This document shows positions 46,193 through 55,036 of a DNA stretch of 64,000 nt, in pieces. Each line of letters opens with the position of its first letter. Position 1 is the stretch's first letter. A program made the translations under genes and the position numbers. This DNA is from Escherichia coli (GTDB taxonomy: Bacteria; Pseudomonadota; Gammaproteobacteria; Enterobacterales; Enterobacteriaceae), in the NCBI RefSeq assembly GCF_024502345.1, contig NZ_JALDNN010000001.1; one strand, given 5' to 3'. The notes beneath the pieces are model-generated. The model was not told the origin of the DNA and did not search any database. It saw only the letters and a program-made list of their open reading frames with translations.

Positions 46193-46663
46193 ATGCTAAG
46201 TAACGATATTCTGCGCAGCGTGCGCTACATTTTGAAAGCCAATAATAATGACCTGGTGCGTATTCTGGCGCTGGGTAATGTCGAAGCCACCGCGGAACAG
46301 ATCGCCGTCTGGCTACGTAAAGAAGACGAAGAGGGTTTTCAGCGTTGTCCGGACATTGTTTTGTCGTCATTCCTCAATGGCCTGATTTATGAAAAACGCG
46401 GCAAGGATGAGTCTGCTCCGGCACTGGAGCCGGAACGTCGCATTAATAACAACATCGTGCTAAAAAAATTACGCATCGCGTTTTCGCTGAAAACCGATGA
46501 CATTCTGGCGATCCTCACCGAACAGCAGTTCCGCGTTTCGATGCCGGAAATTACGGCGATGATGCGTGCACCGGATCATAAAAACTTCCGCGAATGCGGC
46601 GATCAATTTTTACGTTATTTTCTGCGTGGACTGGCAGCGCGCCAGCATGTGAAGAAAAGCTAA
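46193..46663 (+). CDS. yehS: DUF1456-family protein
   Basis: ORF track 175 aa. Trimmed to MLSNDILRSVRYILKANNND, giving 156 aa. Confidence 0.85.
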   Translation: MLSNDILRSVRYILKANNNDLVRILALGNVEATAEQIAVWLRKEDEEGFQRCPDIVLSSFLNGLIYEKRGKDESAPALEPERRINNNIVLKKLRIAFSLKTDDILAILTEQQFRVSMPEITAMMRAPDHKNFRECGDQFLRYFLRGLAARQHVKKS

Positions 46664-46672
46664 GACGGGTAT

Positions 46673-46697
46673 GGCGGCCATGCGAAACATGGCCGCC
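46673..46697. terminator. Bidirectional hairpin between convergent yehS and yehR
   Basis: ggcggccatg-cgaaa-catggccgcc (10-bp GC-rich stem). Confidence 0.65.
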
Positions 46698-46703
46698 GAC
46701 AGA

Positions 46704-47165
46704 TTATTTCACTTCTTTAAAACCAGCGGCTTTCATCACCAGTTCCATTTGCGCCATAGTGATACCTTTTTTGGCATCTTCAGCAGAAACGTTGATTCCT
46801 GAAATACCCTGCAGGGCTTTAAAATCCACTTTTTCCATATCGATAGTCACGTTTTCCTGCGCGTAGGTATCGGTATAGGTTAATTTTTCTTCAACACCCG
46901 CGATGTTTTTGTATTTGGCGCTTAACGGCTCAAGTGTCTTGGCAGCGTCTTCTTTGGTGGTTGCACCAATAGAGGCAAATTGAATTTTGGTTTCTGAAGA
47001 TTGCTTAAGCACCTTGTCACCTTTGTAGACATAGGTAATGGCAATTTCAGTGCCGTTCAGATTGGCGCTGAATTTCTTCGATTCTTCTTTGTCACCGCAG
47101 CCAGCAAGAGAGAAAACCAGAACAGATGCAACAACAAGGGAAAACAGCTTATTGAAAGCCTTCAT
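46704..47165 (-). CDS. yehR: DUF1307-family lipoprotein
   Basis: ORF track 157 aa. Trimmed to MKAFNKLFSLVVASVLVFSLAGC (lipobox), giving 153 aa. Confidence 0.88.
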   Translation of the reverse strand: MKAFNKLFSLVVASVLVFSLAGCGDKEESKKFSANLNGTEIAITYVYKGDKVLKQSSETKIQFASIGATTKEDAAKTLEPLSAKYKNIAGVEEKLTYTDTYAQENVTIDMEKVDFKALQGISGINVSAEDAKKGITMAQMELVMKAAGFKEVK

Positions 47166-47289
47166 GTAAAACTCCATTTTATTTAATCAAGGAACTGGTG
47201 ACTCTCACCAGGGGCTATATAGGATATGCCTAATACCGTGGTGTGAGCAGTCCGGAACTGGAGTAGAACTCTTAGTAAAAAGCACTATT

Positions 47290-49293
47290 TCATCCTTGTT
47301 GCTGAAGCATGGGGAATAATTGTTCGCACAGCAAAACGCAGTTATTCATTGCTTCTACCCGTGCCTCGCTTTCTGTATTACGAAATTGTCCCAATACATG
47401 TGCCAGCCGATAAAAAACCACCGCGGTGAGGTCATTCGCCAGCAACTCTGCCTGACCAATAGCACTCTGTTCCTGATAGCGCCAGCCGTTATGGAGCAGT
47501 TGAATAAGTAATGCCTGGCAGCGCATCAGCAACTGATGAGCAGTAGACGGCACAGGCAGAACGCTGACAGAAGGTAGTGATGCCACCACAGGCGCAGTTT
47601 CTGCGTCCAGCGCCCAGGCACGAGTCTTTGTCATCATTACCTGTGGTTCCAGTGTCAATTGCCCATCAACAAAACTGACAAAGCCAGAAACCAGACACAC
47701 GGGGTCGTCTGTTTGTTGCAAAAGCGCCGCCATGCGTTCAATGGCATAAGGCGCGCTGGCTGAGGCTGGCAGTGATAACGTCAGCAGATTATCTTCACCT
47801 TCGCCGCTGATTACCTGCGCATCCAGCGTCTGGCGGCTGCTATCCCAACCGAGCGAAATACACTCAGCGACCGGCAGAATAAATAAGTTATCGACCTGAT
47901 TAAGAGGCCGTATGCAGGAGGGGGGACGCTGGCGTAAATATTCCCGCAAAGCCACAATGCCCGGCTGGCGTAACGGCGCGCTCAACATTTGCCAGGCATC
48001 AGGCGACAGCGGCACAACGCTGCTTAAGCGGTTGCGGGTAGCTAACAGCAGCTCGCCATCGGCACTGCGTTTTGCTGCTTGTGAAACAATTTGCCCACCC
48101 GCCAGTGCGCCAGCCTGAAAACTAAACAGCCGACGCGTAGCTGCCGGTGAGTTTTCCTGTTCACTTCGCGGCCAACTGCGCGAAAGGTGCAAAATACTGC
48201 CGGTGTCGGGATCGGTAAACCAGATGCGTAAACCATAATGCTCAATATCCTGCCAGCAACGCATACCTAAAGACACCAGCCGCAGATGATCAAGCTTTGC
48301 TTCTCCGGCAATGCCAGAGCCAACGACCGTGCGCCACGGCACAGGAGGAACTTCACCAACACTGTCGCGCCGCGCCATCTCTTGTGCGCAATTTAATCGA
48401 CTGTTTAATGCCGCAAGCTGACGTAAGCATTCTCCGGCATGATAGTGGCTGGCGCGGGCGTGGAAGGCATCAACGCTGGCGCGCAGTTGCCGTAGCGATT
48501 CACTCACCCATCGCCAGTTGCAGCGTTCCGCTGCTTGCTGCGCGCGGCTGAAAGCGGCCTCGTAGTGAATAAGCGGCTGGCTGATGCCGCCCAGCCATAA
48601 TGCCTGGCTTAGTTGCTGAACATATTGACGACACGTTTTGCCTTCTTCGCTGGCAAACAGATCGTCAGATGATGTGACGTGTTCGCTGCGCATCTGCCAG
48701 ATTAAATGAGTCAATTCCGGTTGCTGCGCTTTTGCCTGGACAAAGGCCTGTACTGCCAGTACGACATGTTCGCAAAGTGTGCCTTCAATACAATCACAAC
48801 GGGCGAAACGAATGCTGCTACGGGAATAAAAACGCACATCGCTCATCGGTAAGCGGGCAGAGGGAATTTCGCCCGGCGTACAGAACAACTCAATGGTGAT
48901 GCCTTTAGCGACCAGCGCCTGCGCGCGTTTGCGGGTGGCATCGGGCAGGGTAGCCAGTTCTTCCAGCCAGATTGCCGGATCCCACTCTTCTTCTTTTTCT
49001 GTGGGCTGGACGGTGGCACAAAGTCGTTGATAACTTAACACCAGCATCACGCGATGACGGCACATGCCGCTGGCCCCGCAGCTGCACTGAGCCTCTTTCA
49101 GTGCCTGGCCGTTCGCCAGCTGGGTACGGACACCGTCACTGAAGGTGGCGATTAAAGCGCCGTTCTCATGGCTGATCTCCGGGACGTTGCCATTTTCCAG
49201 TTCCTTAAGACTGCGCTTAACAAAACCGGCATTGCTTAACGCTGTCAGGGCCTGCGGTGTCAGTTCTAATAATTCCGGACGTAGTGAATTCAT
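47290..49293 (-). CDS. yehQ: SWIM zinc-finger protein of the yeh cassette
   Basis: Start set at MNSLRPELLELTP, whose ATG overlaps the yehP stop (ATGA); this gives 667 aa. Two CxCx5CxH motifs (CSCGASGMCRH; CDCIEGTLCEH). Confidence 0.8.
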   Translation of the reverse strand: MNSLRPELLELTPQALTALSNAGFVKRSLKELENGNVPEISHENGALIATFSDGVRTQLANGQALKEAQCSCGASGMCRHRVMLVLSYQRLCATVQPTEKEEEWDPAIWLEELATLPDATRKRAQALVAKGITIELFCTPGEIPSARLPMSDVRFYSRSSIRFARCDCIEGTLCEHVVLAVQAFVQAKAQQPELTHLIWQMRSEHVTSSDDLFASEEGKTCRQYVQQLSQALWLGGISQPLIHYEAAFSRAQQAAERCNWRWVSESLRQLRASVDAFHARASHYHAGECLRQLAALNSRLNCAQEMARRDSVGEVPPVPWRTVVGSGIAGEAKLDHLRLVSLGMRCWQDIEHYGLRIWFTDPDTGSILHLSRSWPRSEQENSPAATRRLFSFQAGALAGGQIVSQAAKRSADGELLLATRNRLSSVVPLSPDAWQMLSAPLRQPGIVALREYLRQRPPSCIRPLNQVDNLFILPVAECISLGWDSSRQTLDAQVISGEGEDNLLTLSLPASASAPYAIERMAALLQQTDDPVCLVSGFVSFVDGQLTLEPQVMMTKTRAWALDAETAPVVASLPSVSVLPVPSTAHQLLMRCQALLIQLLHNGWRYQEQSAIGQAELLANDLTAVVFYRLAHVLGQFRNTESEARVEAMNNCVLLCEQLFPMLQQQG

Positions 49294-50426
49294 GACTGAA
49301 GATTCTCCGCAAGCCATGATGCCAGTTCGCCCGGTGTCATGGCGGCTATTTGTGCGCCGACATTAACCAGCGCCTGGGCCGTATCGCGGTCATAGCAAGG
49401 CGTTGCTGTGCTATCGAGCGCCGCCAGTCCCAGCACTTTGATGCCGCTCTGGACACACTTTTTCACCTGATGCGTCAGCAATGATGATGAACCCCCTTCG
49501 TAAAAATCGCTCACGAGGATAATGACGCTTTTTGCTGGTTGTTCAATAAGTTGCCGACCATATTCCACGGCACTGGCGATATTGGTCCCGCCGCCCAACT
49601 GTACTTTCATTAATAACTCTACCGGATCGGCAACGTCTGCCGTGAGATCAACGACGCTTGTGTCAAACGCCACCAGATGGGTACGAATGCCGGGTAACTG
49701 CCACAAACAGGCCGCCATCACCGCAGAGTGGATCACCGAGTCCACCATCGATCCGCTTTGATCAACCAGTAAGACCAGTTGCCATTGTTCACTGTGGCGT
49801 TTAATGCGGCTGTTAAAGCGGGGGGATTCGATATACAACTTGCCGTGTTGCGGGTGCCAGTGTTGCAGGTTGGCGCGCAGAGTACTTTTGAAATCAAAGT
49901 TTCGCGCCAGTGGAATAAATGAGCGGCGACGGCGATCGCGGACACCAGAAAAAGCCTGACGAACTTCCTTTGCCAGTCGAGCCATAATTTCTTCAACAAC
50001 CTGGCGCACTATCCGGCGGGCGGCAGCCAGTACTTCGGGGTTCATCAGATGTTTGGTGTGCAAAACGGCGCGTAGCAGACTTTCAGAAGGCTGCATACGT
50101 TCCAGCACGTCGAGATTCGTCACCACATCTTCAATGCCGTAGCGCAGTACGGCATCGCTTTCCAGCCGCTCAATCACCTGTTGCGGAAACAGCGTGTGAA
50201 TACTGTTGATCCACTCAGGGGTGGTGAGATTTGAGCTACCTAATCCACCGGAACGTTCACCACGCTGGAGCCGTTCAGGATCGCGCCCATACAGCCACTC
50301 CAGCGCGTGGTCTATCTGCCGGGCGTTGTCATCCAGCCCACAAAGCGTCGTTTCTGCCGCTTCGCCAAGAATTAATCGCCAGCGTTGTAGCTCACGGGTG
50401 GTCAGAAGATCGTTCAGTTCAGACAT
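49290..50426 (-). CDS. yehP: VWA-domain protein of the yeh cassette
   Basis: ORF track extends to 50654. Trimmed to MSELNDLLTTRELQRW, giving 378 aa. MIDAS motif LLVDQSGSM. The start overlaps the yehM stop by 8 nt. Confidence 0.88.
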   Translation of the reverse strand: MSELNDLLTTRELQRWRLILGEAAETTLCGLDDNARQIDHALEWLYGRDPERLQRGERSGGLGSSNLTTPEWINSIHTLFPQQVIERLESDAVLRYGIEDVVTNLDVLERMQPSESLLRAVLHTKHLMNPEVLAAARRIVRQVVEEIMARLAKEVRQAFSGVRDRRRRSFIPLARNFDFKSTLRANLQHWHPQHGKLYIESPRFNSRIKRHSEQWQLVLLVDQSGSMVDSVIHSAVMAACLWQLPGIRTHLVAFDTSVVDLTADVADPVELLMKVQLGGGTNIASAVEYGRQLIEQPAKSVIILVSDFYEGGSSSLLTHQVKKCVQSGIKVLGLAALDSTATPCYDRDTAQALVNVGAQIAAMTPGELASWLAENLQS

Positions 50427-52698
50427 GGAAAACTCCCCAGTTTTGCAGCGATGCCAGTGCCTGCTGTTCGAGTTGTTGATGATGTGCAATGGCTTGTGGT
50501 GGACAATGCAACGGCATTTGCAGCGCCGAAACGGGAAGTTGCGCCAGTTGATAATGCTCAAGCACCTGATGCGCCAGCGTCCCGCGTTCTCGTGGTGGTA
50601 GCCAGGCCATCGCCGCGCGTAAATCGGGCAGGGCATTGATAAAATTGGCATCACTCAGTTGATTTAAATGACTGCTGAAACCGGCGATAAATGCCGGCTG
50701 ACAGGCCAGTTGATGGCGGGCCAGCGCCAGCAAACCGTGCAGCGCTTCGCCGGATTGTGCCGGGGATAACTGCGCCAGCATCGTCAGCGCCGCTTCGGCA
50801 CTAGCGTTGGGATGTTCCAGACGCATCAGTGCGCCAAGAGCCGCGCCGCGATCCAGCGCCGGGGCATGGATTGCCTGACTGCGTCGCTCCAGTAAGGCTA
50901 CCGCCGCAGAAAGAGAAACGCCGGGTAAATTAACGCCGCTATATAGATCGCGCAGGATATGGCAAAGCGCCTGCCAGCTATGCATGTGAGCGTGAAACTC
51001 CTTTTCATCTGGTCTGCCGTTAGATTCACACAGCCACAGCGTGCGATCGATAGCCGCGCATAACGTCGTTTGTAATATCTGCGCGCCTTGCATACCGCTA
51101 ATTTCATCCAGCCGCCATAAGGCATATAGCACTTCCAGCGCCTGGCCCATTTCGGCAAATTGATTTTCCTGGGCGATTAATAATGTGAGTTGCTCCAGTA
51201 ATTGTTGACTGAAGGACGCCAGACCCGCTAACGCCGCCTGGCTAAGACATGTGGTGATACTGCCGATTCCACCCGCGTCCAGCATATCGGTTTCTAATTT
51301 ATGGCGTGCGGCTTCCTGGAGTGTGGCACCAAAGCAGGCGGCCTCAATCAATGCCGCATGCTGGCTAAGCGGGCGGGTTAATTTCCAGCGTTCTTCACCG
51401 TTGCCTGCAAGTGTCAGTGTGCTTCCCTGCTGGCGTACAATCCCTGGGATCTCCAGTATTGCCAGCCGATGTAACACCTGACTTTGCGCTAGTCCATTGG
51501 GGTTAAAGCGATTTAAGGTAAGCTCCGCCGGAAGAGAGATTGCGGTACGTTCCAGTTCGCAGGTGACATCTTTTGGCAGAGGCGGTTGTGGCGTAGAAGG
51601 GGCAAGTTTACCGAATCCGTCACCCGCTAATGTGTCTATCAACGTTAGCAGAATCGGATCGGTATCGGGATGAATAACGCCGCGATAGCTCCATGGCAAC
51701 GGCGCATTCAGGGATTCTTTAATCAGCGAGCCTGCTAAGGCATCCAGCCAGTCAGTGCGTAACGGTAGTGTATGACCGCGCAACTGTGCCAGCGCCATCG
51801 CATGCAGATGAGCGGCAGCCATATCCGCGGTCGAAGCAGGCAAGTGGTGTTGGCGCAAACGGGTAAGAACCGTTTTTAGCAGTTGTTCTCCCGCCTGCTG
51901 TAAGCCCCACTGCCAGCACCAGCTTTGCCAGACCGGGGCAGGCATTCCTGAAAGGTATCCTGCCAGCACATCAAGGCGCTTTTCACTGTAGGGTGTGAGA
52001 TAACAACCTGTAACGGCATCTGCCAGCGAGGGCAATTCTGGCTTGTTAATGTCCTGCGGACATTCGCGCCACATTTTTGCCAGTGCCGGAGCGTGCCAGC
52101 CACCGCAGACGACTAACACGTCGCCATTGTTTTGCTGCATCGCCCATGCAATCCAGCGGGCCATGAAGGCTTCGCGCTGACGATTGAGAGCATCTCCGGG
52201 GGAATCGCCCCGCAGTTGTGCAAAATAGTGCGCCAGCGCAGAGGGTAATGCAGTTTGCTGGCTTTCATCTTCGAATAAGTGATCCCACAGGGTATCGCTG
52301 TTATCCATGCGGGTGGCACGCAGCAGTAAGGTCTGGCTTTCATCTTGCGTATCAGGCGAATCGTTCTCTTCTTCACTCTGCGCCCAGCAAGGCAAATCGA
52401 TGAAGTAAGTTTATGCCTGAATACGACGTGCGGCTTGTAGCGCCTGCCACTCCGGCGAAAATTCAGCAAATGGCGTCCAGGCACCACGCCCGGGGGCCGC
52501 ACCGTCCTGATACTGGCAATAACTGTAAATAGCTACCGGAAGCTGGTGGGCTAAAAACAGTTCGTCTACCCGGTCATTAAAATCAGCCGGGCCTTCAATC
52601 AACACGTATCGTGGCCGCTGGCTTTCGATTAATGATTTGACCAGCCGGGCGCAGGCCGGGCTATGATGCCGGATGCCGACAATTAACGGCTCGCTCAT
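50419..52698 (-). pseudogene. yehM: yehM interrupted by an in-frame TAA at codon 96
   Basis: A single frame runs from the ATG at 52698 (MSEPLIVGIRHHSPACARL) to the TGA at 50419, 760 codons, matching the remembered 759-aa YehM. The codon at 52411-52413 (plus tta, minus TAA) is a stop: ...AARRIQA*TYFIDLPCWAQSEEE. The ORF track splits it into 52411..52866 and 50419..52395. Confidence 0.8.
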
Positions 52699-52708
52699 GC
52701 ATCTTTCC

Positions 52709-53797
52709 TCACGGCAGGCGGTGGCGGGCTTGATAATAAGCCTGCCAGTGAGCTTCTTTATGTGTGGCGACACGCTGTTCGAAGTAACGGCGCAGACGAG
52801 CGCGATCTTCTTCGTTATCTTTGACGATGGTTCCGGCAATACAGTCCACCAGATCGGCTGGCTCACCTGCGCGATTCGCTAAAAACCAGGCGCGGACGCC
52901 CACAGCGTGGGCCACGTTCACGGCTTCAGCGGTGGACATAATCGCTGTTAGTGTATCCATTGACGTTTTCTTTTCGCCGTTGGCACGCAGATCGCGGAAG
53001 GTGCGGACCAGTAACTCCAGTACCGCGTCAGGCACTTTATGCGGAATACCGCTATGGGCCAGCAAACGCGCCGAAGCACTGGCGACAAGCTCCAGCTCCT
53101 GGGCGAAATCCATAATCGGAAAGACAGTTTCAAAATCGAAGCGACGCTTTAGCGCAGCACTCATTTCATTGACGCCGCGATCGCGGGTATTGGCAGTGGC
53201 AATAATATTAAAGCCTTCTCGCGCATAGAGCTGACTGGCTTCACCAGTGAGTTCCGGCACCGTCATCACCCTGTCAGAAAGCATACCTAACAGACAGTCT
53301 TGCACTTCCAGCGGTGTACGCGTTATCTCTTCAAAACGGACGATTTTGCCGTCGCGCATTCCCTGGTAAAGCGGGGCAGGGACCAGCGCTTCCGTTGATG
53401 GACCATGATTGATAAGCAGGGCGTAGTTCCAGCCGTACTTGATTTGATCTTCGGTAGTAGATGCGCCGCCCTGGATGGTTAACCCGGCATCGCCGCTAAT
53501 AGAGGTTGCCAGTAATTCAGACAGGAGAGATTTTGCGGTGCCAGGTTCCCCCACCAACATCAAACCGCGTCCGGTGGCAAGAGTGACTAACATACGTTCG
53601 ACAGCGGAGGGACTAATCACCACTTTACGGCTAATATTTTGCGCGCTATCGCCAAGGATAAAAGCACGGGCCGCAGGCAAACTTAACTGCCAACCGGGCG
53701 GGCAAGGTGCGTTATCATTTTGTTTTAATTTTGCCAGTTCATCGGCGTATAACACAGCAGCAGGCGGACGCTGCAGATGATTATTCTGCGGTGACAT
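52709..53797 (-). CDS. yehL: MoxR-like AAA+ ATPase of the yeh cassette
   Basis: ORF track 384 aa. Trimmed to MSPQNNHLQRPPAAVLYADEL, giving 362 aa, with aggga as SD. Walker A GEPGTAKS. IIATANTRDRGVNEMSAALKRRF is typical of MoxR/AAA_5. Confidence 0.9.
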   Translation of the reverse strand: MSPQNNHLQRPPAAVLYADELAKLKQNDNAPCPPGWQLSLPAARAFILGDSAQNISRKVVISPSAVERMLVTLATGRGLMLVGEPGTAKSLLSELLATSISGDAGLTIQGGASTTEDQIKYGWNYALLINHGPSTEALVPAPLYQGMRDGKIVRFEEITRTPLEVQDCLLGMLSDRVMTVPELTGEASQLYAREGFNIIATANTRDRGVNEMSAALKRRFDFETVFPIMDFAQELELVASASARLLAHSGIPHKVPDAVLELLVRTFRDLRANGEKKTSMDTLTAIMSTAEAVNVAHAVGVRAWFLANRAGEPADLVDCIAGTIVKDNEEDRARLRRYFEQRVATHKEAHWQAYYQARHRLP

Positions 53798-53905
53798 ATA
53801 TTCATCCCTGAAATGTATTAATGAAATAAACGATATTTTACGCGCAATAAATGTTTGGCGCATTAGTTGTTTGAGCGAAAAATATCTGGAAAGCAGATCA
53901 CAGTA

Positions 53906-53991
53906 AATAAAAAAACCTGCTGGTGAGGCAGGTTCTTTTATTTACTATTTTCAGGCCTAACACCACAGCCTGTGCAACATCGTGTTCCAAC
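53906..53991 (-). ncRNA. orzP: Orz-type antitoxin sRNA (orzP-like), predicted
   Basis: Minus-strand promoter TTGCAA(54021-54026)-17 nt-TATAAT(53998-54003). The predicted 5' end coincides with an 18-nt seed (53974-53991) complementary to the zor leader at 54140-54157. Terminator hairpin 53914-53934 followed by a U-run. Length about 86 nt. Confidence 0.6.
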
Positions 53992-53997
53992 GAACGA

Positions 53998-54048
53998 ATT
54001 ATAACCACGGCTGGACCCCGTTGCAATTAAGATAATGAGATTTATAAT
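53998..54048. promoter_or_regulatory. Divergent orz/zor promoters sharing a palindromic -35 (copy 1)
   Basis: TTGCAA (54021-54026) is its own reverse complement. TATAAT lies 16 nt to the right on the plus strand (54043-54048) and 17 nt to the left on the minus strand (53998-54003). Confidence 0.6.
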
Positions 54049-54229
54049 CCTGACTGTTGGGACGTTGCGCCGGATCGAACCTATTTCAAGTCCTGGCTAC
54101 CGGACGGGGGGTGCTGCAGGTAGTGCCCTGATCCGGAGTGCAACATCGTGGTCCAACATACGTAAACCAGTATCGACAGGCAGTGTAAGGGTAAGGTGCT
54201 GGTGTTGCGCTCCTTAATAAGGAGAGCGG

Positions 54230-54319
54230 ATGGACTCGCTGACACAAAAGTTAACCGTGCTCATTGCTGTACTGGAGCTATTAGTGGCTCTGTTACGGTT
54301 GATTGATTTGTTGAAGTAA
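54230..54319 (+). CDS. zorP: Type I toxin, ZorO/ZorP family (29 aa)
   Basis: Hand translation gives MDSLTQKLTVLIAVLELLVALLRLIDLLK-TAA, with SD aaggag 7 nt upstream. One residue differs from copy 2. Hydrophobic helix typical of type I toxins. Predicted leader about 175 nt. Confidence 0.8.
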   Translation: MDSLTQKLTVLIAVLELLVALLRLIDLLK

Positions 54320-54340
54320 CGGGCAAATTGAAACGCATCT

Positions 54341-54370
54341 AAGGGGGAAAACCGCTTCCCCCTTTAATAA
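54341..54370 (+). terminator. zor copy 1 terminator-like hairpin
   Basis: aaggggga-aaaccgct-tccccctt followed by taataaaat. Confidence 0.4.
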
Positions 54371-54515
54371 AATGATTACTGTTTTTATTAATTCATCATA
54401 TAACTCATTTTTATTTATAAATTCATCGATTTTATATTCAACGCACCATTTGACCGGGATGTGAATATTTATGTTGGGCTATTGGCAAAAAATATCTGGA
54501 AAGTAGATCGCAGAA

Positions 54516-54599
54516 AATAAAAAAACCTGCTGGTGAGGCAGGTTCTTTTATTTACTACAGTGACGCTAACTTGCTGATTGTGCAACATTTCGTACCAAC
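54516..54599 (-). ncRNA. orzO: Orz-type antitoxin sRNA (orzO-like), predicted
   Basis: Minus-strand promoter TTGCAA(54629-54634)-17 nt-TATAAT(54606-54611). 18-nt seed 54582-54599 is complementary (17 Watson-Crick pairs plus 1 G.U) to the zor leader at 54748-54765. Terminator hairpin 54524-54544 followed by a U-run. Confidence 0.6.
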
Positions 54600-54605
54600 G
54601 AATAA

Positions 54606-54656
54606 ATTATATCCATATCCACACTCCATTGCAATTCAGTGAGTGAGATTTATAAT
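54606..54656. promoter_or_regulatory. Divergent orz/zor promoters sharing a palindromic -35 (copy 2)
   Basis: TTGCAA 54629-54634. Plus-strand TATAAT at 54651-54656 (16-nt spacer). Minus-strand TATAAT at 54606-54611 (17-nt spacer). Confidence 0.6.
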
Positions 54657-54837
54657 CCTGCCCGTTGGGAGGTTGTGCCGGATCGGACCAATTTTAAGTC
54701 CTGGCTGCCGGACGGGTGGTGCCGCAGGCGGTGCCCTGATCCGGAGAGCAACGTTTCGTACCAACATACGTAAACCAGTATCAACAGGCAGTGTAAGGGT
54801 AAGGTGCTGGTGTTGCGCTCCTTAATAAGGAGAGCGG

Positions 54838-54927
54838 ATGGACACGCTGACACAAAAGTTAACCGTGCTCATTGCCGTACTGGAGTTATTAGTGGCTCTG
54901 TTACGGTTGATTGATTTGTTGAAGTAA
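54838..54927 (+). CDS. zorO: Type I toxin ZorO-like (29 aa)
   Basis: Hand translation gives MDTLTQKLTVLIAVLELLVALLRLIDLLK-TAA, with SD aaggag. Matches the ZorO peptide of E. coli O157:H7 as I remember it. Confidence 0.8.
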   Translation: MDTLTQKLTVLIAVLELLVALLRLIDLLK

Positions 54928-54948
54928 CGGGCAAATTGAAACGCATCT

Positions 54949-54975
54949 AAGGGGGAATACCGTTTCCCCCTTTAA
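54949..54975 (+). terminator. zor copy 2 terminator-like hairpin
   Basis: aaggggga-ataccgtt-tccccctt followed by taa. Confidence 0.4.
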
Positions 54976-54981
54976 GAAAGC

Positions 54982-55036
54982 TATACTCGTCATACTTCAA
55001 GTTGCATGTGCTGCGACTTTAATTATCTAGAGTATA
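54982..55036. repeat. Mini-ERIC (ERIC termini without the core)
   Basis: tatactcgtcatacttcaagttgcatgtgctgcg + actttaattatctagagtata. The left 34 nt are identical to the left end of the full ERIC at 23437. Abuts the yehK stop codon (55037). Confidence 0.75.

Larger units (their letters stand above)
53877..54367. repeat. Tandem repeat unit 1 (zorP/orzP-like module)
   Basis: About 491 bp, alignable end to end with 54486-54975 (period about 609 bp). Both units start aaaaatatctggaaag and end gggcaaattgaaacgcatctaaggggga...ccccctttaa. Confidence 0.9.
54486..54975. repeat. Tandem repeat unit 2 (zorO/orzO-like module)
   Basis: See unit 1. Separated from it by a unique AT-rich spacer of about 118 bp (54368-54485). 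Confidence 0.9.

Noticed and set aside
50427-50654. N-terminal extensions in the ORF track: yehP +76 aa, yehL +22 aa, yehQ +8 aa, bglX +24 aa, dld +11 aa, yehS +19 aa, yeiL +13 aa, and others.
   Set aside because: The extensions overlap the upstream gene or lack an SD. The internal Met gives a recognisable N-terminus, an SD at the proper spacing, and a length equal to the remembered K-12 homolog.
54035-54217. 60-aa ORF in the zor leader (and its twin at 54643..54825).
   Set aside because: The start codon lies upstream of the predicted zor transcription start, between the -35 and -10 elements. There is no SD. The differences between the two copies are mostly non-synonymous. The region is better explained as a structured 5' UTR.
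54371-54463. 30-aa ORF (MITVFINSSYNSFLFINSSILYSTHHLTGM) in the AT-rich spacer between the two zor units.
   Set aside because: There is no SD, the sequence is extremely AT-rich and low in complexity, and it is not duplicated with the modules. It is most likely chance.
53877-54975. Possible CRISPR array or rRNA/tRNA-like repeat, given the tandem duplication.
   Set aside because: There are only two units of about 490 bp, with no short repeat-spacer periodicity. Each unit resolves into a toxin ORF plus a divergent sRNA.
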